This document shows, piece by piece, positions 41,094 through 53,583 of a stretch of 64,000 bases of DNA. Both the position numbers and the translations under genes were made by a program. The notes beneath the pieces were generated by a model, which did no database searches, had not been told where the DNA came from, and saw nothing but the letters and a program-made list of their open reading frames with translations. Source of the stretch: Octopus vulgaris (taxonomy: Eukaryota); NCBI GenBank assembly GCA_951406725.2, contig OX597843.1:10974001-11038000 (forward strand). Reading direction: 5' to 3'. The first letter of the stretch is position 1. Every line of letters starts with the position of its first letter.

Positions 41094-41835
41094 GGATGTT
41101 CTCAACCATTTTTTTTAATCTATGGACCCCTCTAATTACTATTTTATTCTGGTTGACCCCCATAGCCATTCGATGTTTAAAAACTAGTTTTATAGAAACT
41201 TCTTCCAAAATTCCTATTTTGTTTTTCACACATTAACTTGTGTAGGTTGAACAATGTAAAATGTTAGAGAAAGAAACCCAGTTGTTTCTTGCAATACAGA
41301 CCAATACATACATATAAAGCAAAATATTTTTGGATGCCTTTAAAATACTGTTATAGGTCCCTACTTTACTATTTTAGGATCTTTTCGGTTTGAAAGGCAG
41401 TTTTTTCTAGCGGTGTCATATGAAATTGTCACCCATAATTATGACCCTAGTATCGATCTACTGCATTTCAATCTGTTTTAGGGAAGGGTATCTTTTTTTC
41501 TTCAGAAATGTAAATAAACCCAATCTGTTTCTTAAATGAGGAACATATTCATACGGCACAGAATGTTTTTTTTTTACCTCAATAGACGTCATTGATTGGT
41601 TGAAATTGCAGAAATTGAAGGAAAAACAACAACAAATATCTTACAAACTATAGAATTTTCTCAATAAAGCCAAGAGAAAAAGATGTTTTATAAACACATT
41701 CTACCAGTATACGAAGTTTAAAAGTGTTTAGTTACGTGGAAATTATTTTAAAAAACTGCTGTTCAAACCGAAAAGATCCCTATTTTATTGTGTGGACCCC
41801 CAAAATTCTTATGTGGACTCTGGTTGAGAACACTG
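41094..41835. mobile_element. hAT-like MITE hosting the GGATC-MITE
   Basis: Termini ..tgttctcaacc / ggttgagaacactg. Confidence 0.55.
41377..41779. mobile_element. GGATC-MITE (Merlin-like: GG termini, 8-bp TSD)
   Basis: TIR ggatcttttcggtttgaa.ggcagttttt / aaaaactgct.ttcaaaccgaaaagatcc; TSD ctatttta at 41369-41376 and 41780-41787. Confidence 0.85.
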
Positions 41836-42629
41836 ATATACTCTTTTACTCTTTTATTAGTTTCAGTCATTTGACTGCGGCCATGCTGGAGCACCGCCTT
41901 TAATCGAGCAAATCGACCCCGGGACTTATTCTTTTGTAAGTCCAGTACTTATTCTATCGGTCTCTTTTGCCGAACCGCTAAGTAACAAAAAACAAAAAAA
42001 AAAGGGAACATGCTGTAAGACGAACGAATTGTGTGAGAGAGATGGGGGTTATAAGAAGGTATGACAGATGATGGAAAGACGTAAGCTAGATGTGAAGTGA
42101 AGGTATATGACACGAGGGAAATGCGTTTGTCAGGACCAACGTAAAAAGATGTGCAGCATATGATAAGAAGATGAGGAACAGATGTAAGGGACGGTGGGGG
42201 GTGATGTCATAAAGTGAGGACTAGGTGCAGAGTGAAGACATTTTAAACAAATTATGGGAAAAACGTGATTCAATTGTCAACGAACGCCACTGTATAAGAG
42301 ACACAACAGCAGCAGCAACAACAACGACAACAACTATAAGCAGACATTTGACAGATGTTGCTCAGATGCCCTCTCCCCTCTTGTTCTCTCGAGATCTTTC
42401 TCTTTCTCAGAGAGGGACAGACCGGGTGACGTGACGGAAAAATGTCAGTTTGATGCTGAGGAGAGATAGACAACAGCTGGTAGGGAGACGTCAGATGCGG
42501 AAAACGCGACACCAGATTAAGATAAAGTAGATGGCAGGTTTATGAAAATACGTGTCTTAGATGACAGAAATATTTATGATATATCACAGCTTCTCAAACG
42601 TTTTCTTTAAAATTATCTTCCCCCCTTTT

Positions 42630-43066
42630 GGATTTTTTCGGTTTGAACAGCAGTTTTTTTTCTAGCGGTGTCATATGAAATTGTCACCCATAATTATAAC
42701 CCTAGTATTGATCTATTGCATTTCAATCTATTTTAGGATTAGGATTAGGGTTAGTTAGGGTTAGGGGTGGAGGGAAGGGTATCTTTTTTTCTTCACAAAT
42801 GTAAATAAGCCCAATCTGTTTCTTAATCGAGGGACATATTCATACGGCACAGAATGTTTTTTACTTCAATAGACGTAATTGATTGGTTGAAATTGCAGAA
42901 ATTGAAGAAGAAAAAACAACAAATATCTTACAAACTATAGAATTTTCTCAATAAAGCCCAGAGAAAAAGATGTTTTATAAACACATTCTACCAGTATACG
43001 AAGTTTAAAAGTGTTTAGCTACGTGGAAATTATTTAAAAAATCTGCCGTTCAAACCAAAAAGATCC
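42630..43066. mobile_element. GGATC-MITE copy with internal TTAGGG tract
   Basis: Same TIRs and body as 41377-41779. Confidence 0.85.
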
Positions 43067-43524
43067 GCTCATAATAACATGGAAGATCAAAACATCTCAA
43101 CCGCTTAAATTACCCATCAGATTATTCGAAATAAAGAATAAAAATTCAAAATATATTTTTGACAATTAAGGTAATTACAAAATACATTTGTTAACCCTCT
43201 CTGCCTTGCTCTATGTCCACAGCACTTATATAAAATTTCCATGCTTTCTCCACCCCTTGGTGGCGGTACCTTTTATTCTGAGAAGCCCTGGTTACATGCC
43301 CATAGTAATTTGATATCGATTTGAAAGGCATCAGCATGAATTCTATAAACAAGAACAAACCTTCTTGTTTGAATTTTTGAAAAGATCCAAGGATACCTTT
43401 CACTGAAATGACAGAATGATGTCGAAACACCGGTGTCGCAAATTCGCCTTACATCACTGAATCGAATGTGCTGTCACCACGTATTTTCCAAAAGAAGAAG
43501 AAGCTCTCTGAAGGTGAAGTGTAA

Positions 43525-45081
43525 GGATCTTTTCGGTTTGAACGGCTGTTTTTTCTGGCGGTGTCATATGAAATTGTCACCCATAATTATGACCCTAGTA
43601 TCGATCTATTGCATTTCAATCTGTTTTAGGGTTAGGGTTAGGGGATCTTTTCGGTTTGAACGGCAGTTTTTCTGGCGGTGCCATATGAAATTGTCACTCA
43701 TAATTATGACCCTAGTATTGATCTATTGCATTTCAATCTGTTTTAGGGTTAAGGTTAGGGGATCTTTTTGGTTTGAACGGCAGTTTTTTCTGGCGGTGTC
43801 ATATGAAATTGTCACTCATAATTATGACCCTAGTATCGATCTATTGCATTTCAATCTGTTTTAGGGTTAGGGTTAGGGGATCTTTTCGGTTTGAACGGCA
43901 GTTTTTTCTGGTGGTGTCATATGAAATTGTCACCCATAATTATGACCCTAGTATCAATCTATTGCATTTCAATTTGTTTTAGGGTTGGTTAGGGTTAGGG
44001 TTAGGAGTGGAGGGTAGGGTATCTTTTTTTCTTCACAAATGTAAATAAATCCAATCTGTTTCTTAAGCGAGGGACATATTCATACGGCACAGAATGTTTT
44101 TTACCTCAAATACATCAGTGATTGGTTGAAATTGCAGAAATTGAAGAAAAAACAACAACAAATATCTTACAAACTAAAATTTTCTCAATAAAGCCAAGAG
44201 AAAAAGATGTTTTATAAACACATTCTACCAGTATACGAAGTTTAAAAGTGTTTAGTTACGTGGAAATTATTTTAAAAAACTGCCAGTCAAACCGAAAAGA
44301 TCCCCTTTTTTCTTCACAAATGTAAATAAACCCAATCTGTTTCTTAAACGAGGGACATATTCATACGGCACAGAATGTTGTTTACTTCAATAGACGTAAT
44401 TGATTGGTTGAAATTGCAGAAATTGAACAAAAAATAAAAAAATATCTTACAAACTATAGAATTTTCTCAATAAAGCCAAGAGAAAAAGATGTTTTATAAA
44501 CACATTCTACCAGTATACAAAGTTTAAAAGTGTTTAGTTACGTGGAAGTTATTTTAAAAAACTGCCGTTCAAACCGAAAAGATCCCTGTTTCTTAAACGA
44601 GAGACATATTCATATGGCACAGAATGTTGTTTACTTCAATAGACGTAATTGATTGGGTGAAATTGCAGAAATTGAACAAAAAATAAAAAATATCTTACAA
44701 ACTATAGAATTTTCTCAATAAGGCCAAGAGAAAATGATGTTTTATAAACACATTCTACCAGTATACAAAGTTTAAAAGTGTTTAGTTACGTGGAAATTAT
44801 TTAAAAAAACTGCCGTTCAAACCGAAAAGATCCCTGTTTCTTAAACGAGGGACATATTAATACGGCACAGAATGTTTTTTAACTCAATAGACGTAATTGA
44901 TTGGTTGAAATTGCAGAAATTGAACAAAAAATAAAAAATATCTTACAAACTATAGAATTTTCTCAATAAGGCCAAGAGAAAAAGATGTTTTATAAACACA
45001 TTCTACCAGTATATGAAGTTTAAAAGTGTTTAGTTACGTGGAAATTATTTTAAAAAACTGCCGTTCAAACCGAGAAGATCC
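43525..45081. mobile_element. Compound GGATC-MITE: four left ends followed by four right ends
   Basis: Left TIRs at 43525, 43643, 43760 and 43878; right TIRs end at 44303, 44585, 44833 and 45081. Confidence 0.9.
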
Positions 45082-45476
45082 AATTACTTTATAAAATTAA
45101 AATGTTAAGATGTTAAGAAAGAATATCTATAACATTGTTTTAGTTCTTGCCGTTCTACATGCAGTTCTACTTTAATACCGATGATGGAGAAATTTTGAAG
45201 GAAAATGAAGGTAAAATATGATAAAAATGCCAAGAAGACATCGGCCTGACAACAACAGCAAAAACTACAGCCACAAAACCAAGATGAAACAGACAGCTGA
45301 CAGATGGATTTTTAGATACACACACTCTCTCTCTCTCTCATGGGCCATGCCTGCAGTCGTCAGCAGTCATGGACCTCCATGCCAAAGTTTGAAAATTCAT
45401 GATTTTAACTAAAAAAATAAAATGCTACTGCAGTGATCTTCCCTGTTGCTTTCTGTCTGTTTATTTACAAGCTTAC

Positions 45477-45516
45477 TCAGCTAGGTCCCTGCTTTCCCGA
45501 AGTAATTCTTGACACT
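45477..45516 (-). CDS. Candidate 40-nt exon (E)CQELLRESRDLA
   Basis: acacag| ... |gtaagc; its phase-1 start fits the 61074 donor; acceptor context is mediocre. Confidence 0.35.
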
Positions 45517-45534
45517 CTGTGTCTCAAGGTTTAC

Positions 45535-45939
45535 CTCGGGAGTGCAGGAGGTGGGAGTGACGTCACGGGGGTAGGTTGGGAGTAAGGTGGTGGTGGAGAG
45601 GCAAGAGTGGGGGGAGGTCGAGTCTCAAGGTAAAGTGGAAGTGGTGAGCATGGAGGAGGGAGTGGAACTTGGGTCGGAGGGGGATCTGATGGGTTGGAGT
45701 CTGATGAGGTGGATTGGTGTCGGGGAGGTTGGGGTGAGAGTCGAAGGAGGTGGGAGTTAGGGAAGGTGATGATAGGAGTGGGGGAGGCAGGATCGAAGGA
45801 AATGGGAGTTGGGTTGGGTAGGTGGAGCGGAGGTTGAGGAAGGAAGTGGGATGGAAGTGGAATGGAAGTTGGGGGAGTCGGGGGTCTGGGGAGGTGTTGA
45901 GGAGGTGGGTGTGAAGTCAGGGTGGGGTGCTGTTTATGA
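45535..45939 (-). CDS. Candidate 405-nt proline-rich exon with a PPPPY motif
   Basis: ctttctctccctgttccacatactttag| then 134 open codons (HKQHPTLTSHPPPQ...SPPPPYSQP...PPPALP) then AG|gtaaac; phase 2-2; not periodic. Confidence 0.4.
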
Positions 45940-46169
45940 CTAAAGTATGTGGAACAGGGAGAGAAAGTACTGTATATGAGTGTAGGTGGTTGCTCTGTGA
46001 TTCTTCAGACATTCTACACCTCCACCTAGAGATCCACCACCTCTCCCACCCCAACACGCAGCAGTTACCCCCTCTCCACTCCTCCACATGCAACCGCCAC
46101 ACTCTCACCCAAATCCATCTCACCCAATACTGAACGAGAGCACCCAGGATGGAGGGGGTGTTGATGGTT

Positions 46170-46625
46170 ATGAGGATGGTGGTGGTGGTGGTGGTGATTT
46201 TGGTGGTAGTGGTAATAGTGGTGGTAGTGATGGTGGTGGCAATGGTGATGGTGGTGATTTTTGTGGTAGTGGTGATGGTGGTGGTGGTGATTTTGGTGGT
46301 AGTGATGGTGGTGGTGGTGGTTGTGGTGATTTTTGTGGTAGTGGTGATGGTGGTGGTGGTGATTTTGGTGGTAGTGGTGATGGTGGTGGTGATTTTGGTG
46401 GTAGTGGTAATGGTGGTGATGGTGATGGTGGTGGTGGTTGTGGTGATTTTGGTGGTAGTGGTGTGATGGTGGTGGTGATAGTACTGATCTTCATGGTAGT
46501 AGTGATAGGTGGTGATAGTAGTGATGGTGGTGATGGTTGTGACAATGGTGGTGGTGATGGTGGTAGTTGTGGTGGTGGTGGTTGTCGTCTTCATGGTGAT
46601 AATAACAGAAATGATAATAGTGATT
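46170..46625. repeat. (GGT)n-derived low-complexity repeat with ggtgattttggtggtagt units
   Basis: Direct read. Confidence 0.85.
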
Positions 46626-47449
46626 TTTTTTTTCTTTAGAAGTTCCATCTTAGAACCTTAATCAAAGCAAACCCGTTAAGAAGGTTGGGTGTGGTTTTGA
46701 GGGAAGATTTTGGCTGCTATTTCCAGCTCTACTCAGTTGAGTGACCACATAACTGGAGGTTCCTCTCGGTCGGCCCATCAACAACTTTTAATAAGCCTAG
46801 GGTGGGAGGGGATGAAACATATAATCGGTGACATCATTGACCCCTAAACCTGTATTTAGTTGCTACTTTATTTCATCATCATCATCATCGTCGTCATCGT
46901 CGTTTAACATCCACTTTCCATGCTAGCATGGGTTGGACGATTTGACTGAGGTCTGGTGAACCAGATGGCTACACCAGGCTCCAATCTGATCTGGCAGAGT
47001 TTCGACAGCTGGAGGCCCTTGGCTCTTTGGGCTGGAGAATATCCCTTGAAAGTACATGTGGTTAGGGGTGTAAGACTCACAATAAGGTCATGTGTTCAAT
47101 TTCTGGACTGGGCAGTACATTGTATTCTTGAGTAAAAGATATAGTTCCCCATAACTTTGGTCCATTCCTTGTTAGCCAGAGCACATGTTGTATACATCAA
47201 CGGAACGGAGGTTGGGGATGTCCAGTCGATAACAAAATCCCTCAGGAATTCTCTTACAACTCTTTGTAGTTCCTATAACCTCTTAAAATATGTTGAATTT
47301 TCTTACAACTTTCCAAAGTCCCTATGGCTTACTGTAACCTCTTAGAACTATTGGAAGTTCTTTAAAACCCCTACTGTCTTTTAAAATTGTTCTGAAATCC
47401 CTATGACTTATTAAGGTTCCTTAGAAACATTTGAAGTCCTGTAAGACAA

Positions 47450-48270
47450 CCTGATACCCCCAATGACTCTTTAGAACTTGTCACAGTCCTTTATCATACC
47501 CTGATACCCCTATGACTTCTTAGAGTCTGTCACAATCCATTATCATATCCTGATACCCCTGTGACTCCTCAGAACCTATCACAGTCCTGTATCATGCCCT
47601 GATAACCCTATGACTCTTTAGAACCTGTCACAGCTCTTTATCATGCCCTGATACCCCTATGACTCTTTAGAACCTGTCATAGCTCTTTATCATACCCTGA
47701 TAACCCTATGACTCTTTAGAACCTGTCACAGATCTTTATCATACCCTGATAACCCTATGACTCTTTAGGACCTGTTACAGTCCATTATCATGCCCTGATA
47801 CCCCTATGACTCTTTAGAACCTGTTACAACTCTTTATCATACCCTGATACCCCTATGGCTCTTTAGAACCTGTCACAACACTTTATCATACCCTGATACC
47901 CCTATGACTCTTTAGGACCTGTTACAGTCCATTATCATGCTCTAATACCCCTATGACTCTTTAGAACCTGTCACAACTCTTTATCATACCCTGATAACCC
48001 TATGACTCTTTAGAACCTGTGACAGCTCTTTATCATATCCTGATACCCCTATGACTCTTTAGAACCTGTCACAGCTCTTTATCATACCCTGATAACCCTG
48101 TGACTCTTTAGAACCTGTCACAGCTCTTTATCATACCCTGATAACCCTATGACTCTTTAGAACCTGTCACAGCTCTTTATCATACCCTGATACCCCTATG
48201 ACTCTTTAGAACCTGTCACAGCTCTTTATCATACCCTGATACCCCTATGACTCTTTAGAACAGCTCTTTA
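47450..48270. repeat. 49-bp minisatellite, about 17 copies
   Basis: Unit ccctgatacccctatgactctttagaacctgtcacagctctttatcata; anchors at 48121, 48170 and 48219. Confidence 0.95.
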
Positions 48271-48431
48271 TCATACTCTTTATGACATTCTGATATTCTT
48301 ACGACTTGTTACAGCCCTTTTGAATTTGTCCAAAGTCTCTTAAGACCAGCTGCTACTTTAAGAATGTCGAAACTCCCTATTGATTTCCTGCAGACATTTA
48401 GGGGCCCATTTCAGCCTCTTAAGGACTGTTA

Positions 48432-49178
48432 AAAAAAAATAATAAATGCGCCCCTTTAAAGCCTAGCCAGGCTCATGGGCCTGGTTTCCCGGTTTCTATA
48501 GCGTATGTGTTCCCCTGCTGAGCAGGACGCCAGTCCATCGCAGCGTTACTCATTTTTGCCAGCTGAGTGGATTGGAGCAACGTGAAATTAAGTGTTTTGC
48601 TCAAGAACACAAAGCGTCCCCTGGTCCAGGAATCGAAACCACAATCTTACAATCATGATGCTGACAGCCTAATCCATCGCGGCCTTTTTGCCAGCTGAGT
48701 GGACTGGAATTCAAGAACTGCTCAAGAACACAACGCGTCGCCTGGTCCAGGAATCAAAACCACAATCTTACAATCATGATGCTGACACCCTAATCCATCG
48801 CGGCCTTTTTGCCAGCTGAGTGGACTGGAGTTCAAGAACTGCTCAAGAACACAATGCATCGCCTGGTCCAGGAATCGAAACCACAATCTTACAATCATGA
48901 TGCTGATACCCTAATCCATCGCGGCCTTTTTGCCAGCTGAGTGGACTGGAGTTCAAGAACTGCTCAAGAACATAACGCGTCGCCTGGTCCAGGAATCGAA
49001 ACCACAATCTTACAATCATGATGCTGATACCCTAATCCATCGCGGCCTTTTTGCCAGCTGAGTGGACTGGAGTTCAAGAACTGCTCAAGAACATAACGCG
49101 TCGCCTGGTCCAGGAATCAAAACCACAATCTTACGATTATGATGCTGACACCCTAACCACTAAGCCACGCATCTCCAC
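48432..49178 (-). mobile_element. tRNA-SINE (family B-related) with an internal 121-bp tandem expansion and a 14-bp TSD
   Basis: TSD cttaaggactgtta at 48418-48431 and 49179-49192; unit anchors at 48690, 48811, 48932 and 49053. Confidence 0.9.
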
Positions 49179-49750
49179 CTTAAGGACTGTTACAGATCTA
49201 TAAAATTTTCTTATTTGCTACAGTACTTAGAACCTTGTAGGATCTGCCACGTTCTGATAAGATTTGTTGTTGATTAGGGGGCACCAAATTTCCTAGAGAC
49301 ATATCATAACTGTAGTCCCTTACAACTTGTATAAAAAGGTGTGCAATATATACATTCTACTTGTGTGTGTGTGTGTGTGCGTTTGTGTGTTTGTGTGTGT
49401 AAATATATATAATTATGGTATATTCTGTTAAGAACATAGCAGAGTACAATATAAATCTTGTTCACCATCAGATTTACCCTGGGCTAACCAGTAGCAGTAT
49501 TATAAGTATTTCCAGGTTTGTGTTAGGGGATCTGTCGTGTGTGAATATACAACTGAAAATACTGGAGTCAGCAAGAAAGGGTACAGTTGGACATTTATTT
49601 TTTTAATCACTACAATTGTTTCTATGCAACATGGTTCACCAGGAGTGCAGGTACTTGAGTATGTAACTGTTTCCCTGCATTACAAGATCTAGTTGTTTCC
49701 TCAGGTGATATGTAAACACATTGTATCCATAAGTTTTTTCAATTATATAT

Positions 49751-50150
49751 CACGTCAAAACGGTAGATGAGTAGGGGCCGAAACTGGATGTGGTTCCACC
49801 TGATGACGTCTTGAGCTAACTGGATCCTATAAAGGAGCTGTTGTGGTAGCAGACCACGAAACACGGTTGAAATTCCTCAGTATATATAAGAGAGGATTCT
49901 TTTAGTTTCCATCTACCAAGTTCACCAATCTGGGGATAAAGTAGAAGATGCTTGCCTAGGGTGCTAAGCAGTGGGACTGAACCACCTAACACCAGGGCTG
50001 AAGACACCTCCGAAAGATGGGGCCCCGCCACATCAAAACGGTAGAGGAGTAGGGGCCAAAACCAGACGTGGTTCCACCTGATGAAGTCTTGAGCTAACTG
50101 GATCCTATAAAGGAGCTGTTATGATAGCAGACCACGAAACACGGTTGAGA
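49751..50150 (+). mobile_element. Direct repeats of about 120 bp, each with a hammerhead-like core, flanking a decayed SINE head
   Basis: Copies at about 49751-49870 and 50029-50149; cCUGAUGA..GUCU..GCUA...UAGC-AGAC-cac-GAAAC. Confidence 0.55.
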
Positions 50151-50295
50151 CTGCTCCTATATATATATGCACACACATATACATAAGCTTATGTATACTT
50201 GCATACACATACATACATACACACACATATATACATAAATGTAAATACACGCATAGATACATAGTAAAACATACATATATATATATATATTTTCA

Positions 50296-50596
50296 ACGTG
50301 ACCGACCAGGCAATCAGATGTTGTTACACATCGCTGGTCACAATGCGCTTCGCATTGTTTTAGCCTTCAAATGACGCCACCCCGCTGGCTAAGCAAGCAG
50401 GCCGACAGAAGAAAGAGTGAGAGAAAGTTGTGGCAAAAGAGTACAGCAGGGATTGCCACCACCCCCTGCCGGAGCCTCGTGGAGCTTTAGGTGTTTTTCG
50501 CTCAATAAACACTCACAACGCCCGGTCTGCGAATCGAAACTGCGATCTTACGACCGCGAGTCCGCTGCCCTAACCACTAGGCCATTGCGCCTCCAC
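50296..50596 (-). mobile_element. SINE family B head with an alternative tail
   Basis: Family B head; the tail gcgcattgtgaccagcgatgtgt..caacatctgat also stands alone at 34835-34912 and 39155-39257. Confidence 0.8.
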
Positions 50597-50929
50597 ATAC
50601 ACACACACATGAGAAAATACACATTAGCTCAGTATAAATGAGCAATAAACATTTAAACAACAGAATGTTTTGAAATAAAGGACTATAAGTGGTTATCTTA
50701 TCAAAACTTGAATTGAAGATAGTTCATGTCTAAATTGAGGGACAACTCCACATCAAACAGTGCAGAATAGATAAAAGAAAATCTTTAAACAGTTAAATTG
50801 AAGGATATTAAAGCAAAGACCCTGAAGAAACTGAATGGGTATTATAGCAATCACGGTGATATAGACATAGATGCATATATATATTTACATATATAAGTAT
50901 ATCGACAGCTATACATATACATTTTTTTT

Positions 50930-51322
50930 TTCTTGTTTCAGCTCAGAGCTGCGGCCATGCTGGAGCACCGCCTTTAATCGAGCAACTCGACCCTGGGAGT
51001 CATTCTTTTGTAAGCCCAGTACTTATTCTATCAGTCTCTTTTGCCGAACTGCTAAGTTTCGGGGACGTAAACACACCAGCATCGGTTGTCAAGCGATGTT
51101 GGGGAGACCAACACAGACACACAAACACATTCATACATACATATACATATATATATGCGACAGGCTTCTTTCAGTTTCCGTCGACCAAATCCACTCACAA
51201 AGGCATTGGTTGGCCCGAGGCTATAGTAGAAGACACTTGCCCAAGATGCCACGCAGTGGGACTGAACCCGGAACCATGTGGTTGGTTAGCAAGCTACTTA
51301 CCACGCAGCCACTCCTGTGCCT
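50930..51322 (-). mobile_element. SINE family A
   Basis: Reverse copy. Confidence 0.85.
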
Positions 51323-51733
51323 ATATACATATATATAAATATATAAATATGTTTCCTTTTGGGTGTTGGGCCTCACAGAGGGAACGACCAAGGCTTTTAG
51401 CATTATGTAATGTTTGAGAAGAGGCCCCATCAAGATGAGCAAAATTGCAGTTGTGGCAGGTAGCAGTGTCACACACATTGGCATCTGTGCTGGTGGTACG
51501 TAAACACACCCTGGTGTCATGCAAATGGCACTCGTGCCAGTGGCACATAAAGGCACTCATTACACTCGGTAAAGGGGTTGGCATTAGGAAAGGCATCCAA
51601 CAGTAGAAAACCATACCAAATCAGACTGGAGTCTGGTGCAGTCCCCCAGTATGCCAGCCTGGTCAAACCATCCAACCCATGCCAGCATGGACAACGGATG
51701 TCAGATGATGATGATCATTATATATACATACAT

Positions 51734-51903
51734 AGGCATAGGAGTCGCTGTGTGGTAAGTAGCTTGCTTACCAGCCACATGGTTCCGGGTTCAGTCCCAC
51801 TGCATGACACCTTGGGCAAGTGTTTTCTCCTATAGCCTCGGGCGGACCAAATCCTTGTGAGTGGATTTGGTAGACGGAAACTGAAAGAAGCCCGTCGTAT
51901 ATA

Positions 51904-51967
<64 letters not shown>

Positions 51968-52446
51968 TAATCCAAACATGAAAGCACAAAAAAACACAAC
52001 AATGCGAGGACGTGAAACAAATATAGTATTATTGGATGCTCTGGAAAGAAGGAAAGAGGGAGGGTTTAATGTTTGAGCGGAGCTCTTTGTCGGAAACATA
52101 GGAGAAGGAAAGATCCAGAGAAGGAAAGACAGAGGAAAAAAAATCGCCAATGGTACACACGCGGTCGCATTTTTCATATATATATATATATATATATGTG
52201 TGTGAGTGTGTGTGTGTGTATGTGTGTGTATATGTTTGTGTGTCTGTGTTTGTCCCTCCAACATTGCTTGACAACCGATGCTGGTGTGTTTACGTCCCCG
52301 TAACTTAGCAGTTCGGTAAAAAGAGACCGATAGAATAAGTACTGGGCTTTGAAAGAATAAGACCCGGGGTTGATTTCTTCGGCTACAGGTGGTGCTCCAG
52401 CATGGCCGCAGTCAAATGACTGAAACAAGTAAAAGAGTAAAAAAGA
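51734..52446 (+). mobile_element. SINE family A with a module of about 210 bp inserted in its (TA)n tract (51962-52175)
   Basis: Head, (TA)n, insert with a decayed hammerhead-like gagc(ucc)gcuc stem on minus, (TA/TG)n, tail. Confidence 0.75.
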
Positions 52447-52460
52447 GTATATCCATACAG

Positions 52461-52499
<39 letters not shown>

Positions 52500-52806
52500 T
52501 AGTTCTGCTTTTGAAGTGTCATTAGAATAATAAAACTCACAGAATTAAGATGTAATTTGAAATTAAGTGCATGAGTGATACGTCAGCAATGAAGTAAAAG
52601 AGTTGTAATGTAAGCACTTTCATAAACCCATTAATTAGTCATTTGACAAATCAATTAGTAGTCGGCTAATTAATTCGCTAATCCATAATAAAACAGTAGT
52701 GTAATACAACCAGTGTGTGTGTCTTATTTGGCAGAGCGCTCCACCAAAAGTACAACAGTATCAGTTACAACTTAGTTTCACATCAAAAACACACGTGCAT
52801 GCGTGC

Positions 52807-52839
<33 letters not shown>

Positions 52840-53548
52840 TATGTGCACATGCATACATGCACACACACGCACACATACACACAAACACATACACATATGC
52901 ACACACACACACACACACACACATACAAACACAGACACACACTCATACACACACACACTCATGCACACACACGCACACATGCACACACACAGACATGAAC
53001 CCCCCCACACACACACACAATCACACACAAATACACATATGCACACACACACACACACACACACACGAACAAACACATACACATATGCACACACACACAT
53101 ACAAACACAGACACACACTCATACACACACACACACTCATGCACACACACACGCACACATGCACACACCCCCCCACACACACAATCACACACAAATACAC
53201 ATATGCACACACACATACACACATGCACACACACACACACACATACACATGCACACACACACACACACATACAAATACACACACAGACATGCACATATGT
53301 ACGTACACACACACACACACACACATACACACAGACATGCACACGCACACACATAAACACGCACACATACACACACAGACATGCACATGCACACACATAC
53401 ACACAAACACACACAAATACACACTTGTCTGGCATGGAATGGTTTCTGCTGAGCCAGTTTTCCAGATCTTGTGAAATCTCTACCAACCATTTAAATGTTT
53501 ATCAAATTTTTACCAGGTTATTTTCAAACAAATTTAGTCTTTGCATAC

Positions 53549-53577
<29 letters not shown>

Positions 53578-53583
<6 letters not shown>

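Noticed and set aside
45165-45210. Plus-strand exon-like segment (gcag|FYFNTDDGEILKENE|gtaaaa)
   Set aside because: Splice signals alone; no recognisable protein or convincing partner exon on plus. Not excluded.
46088-46648. Gly-rich or extensin-like ORFs
   Set aside because: Open on both strands in several frames; periodic (GGT)n derivative.
47450-48270. Possible CRISPR array
   Set aside because: Contiguous repeat units with no unique spacers, no cas genes, eukaryotic context.
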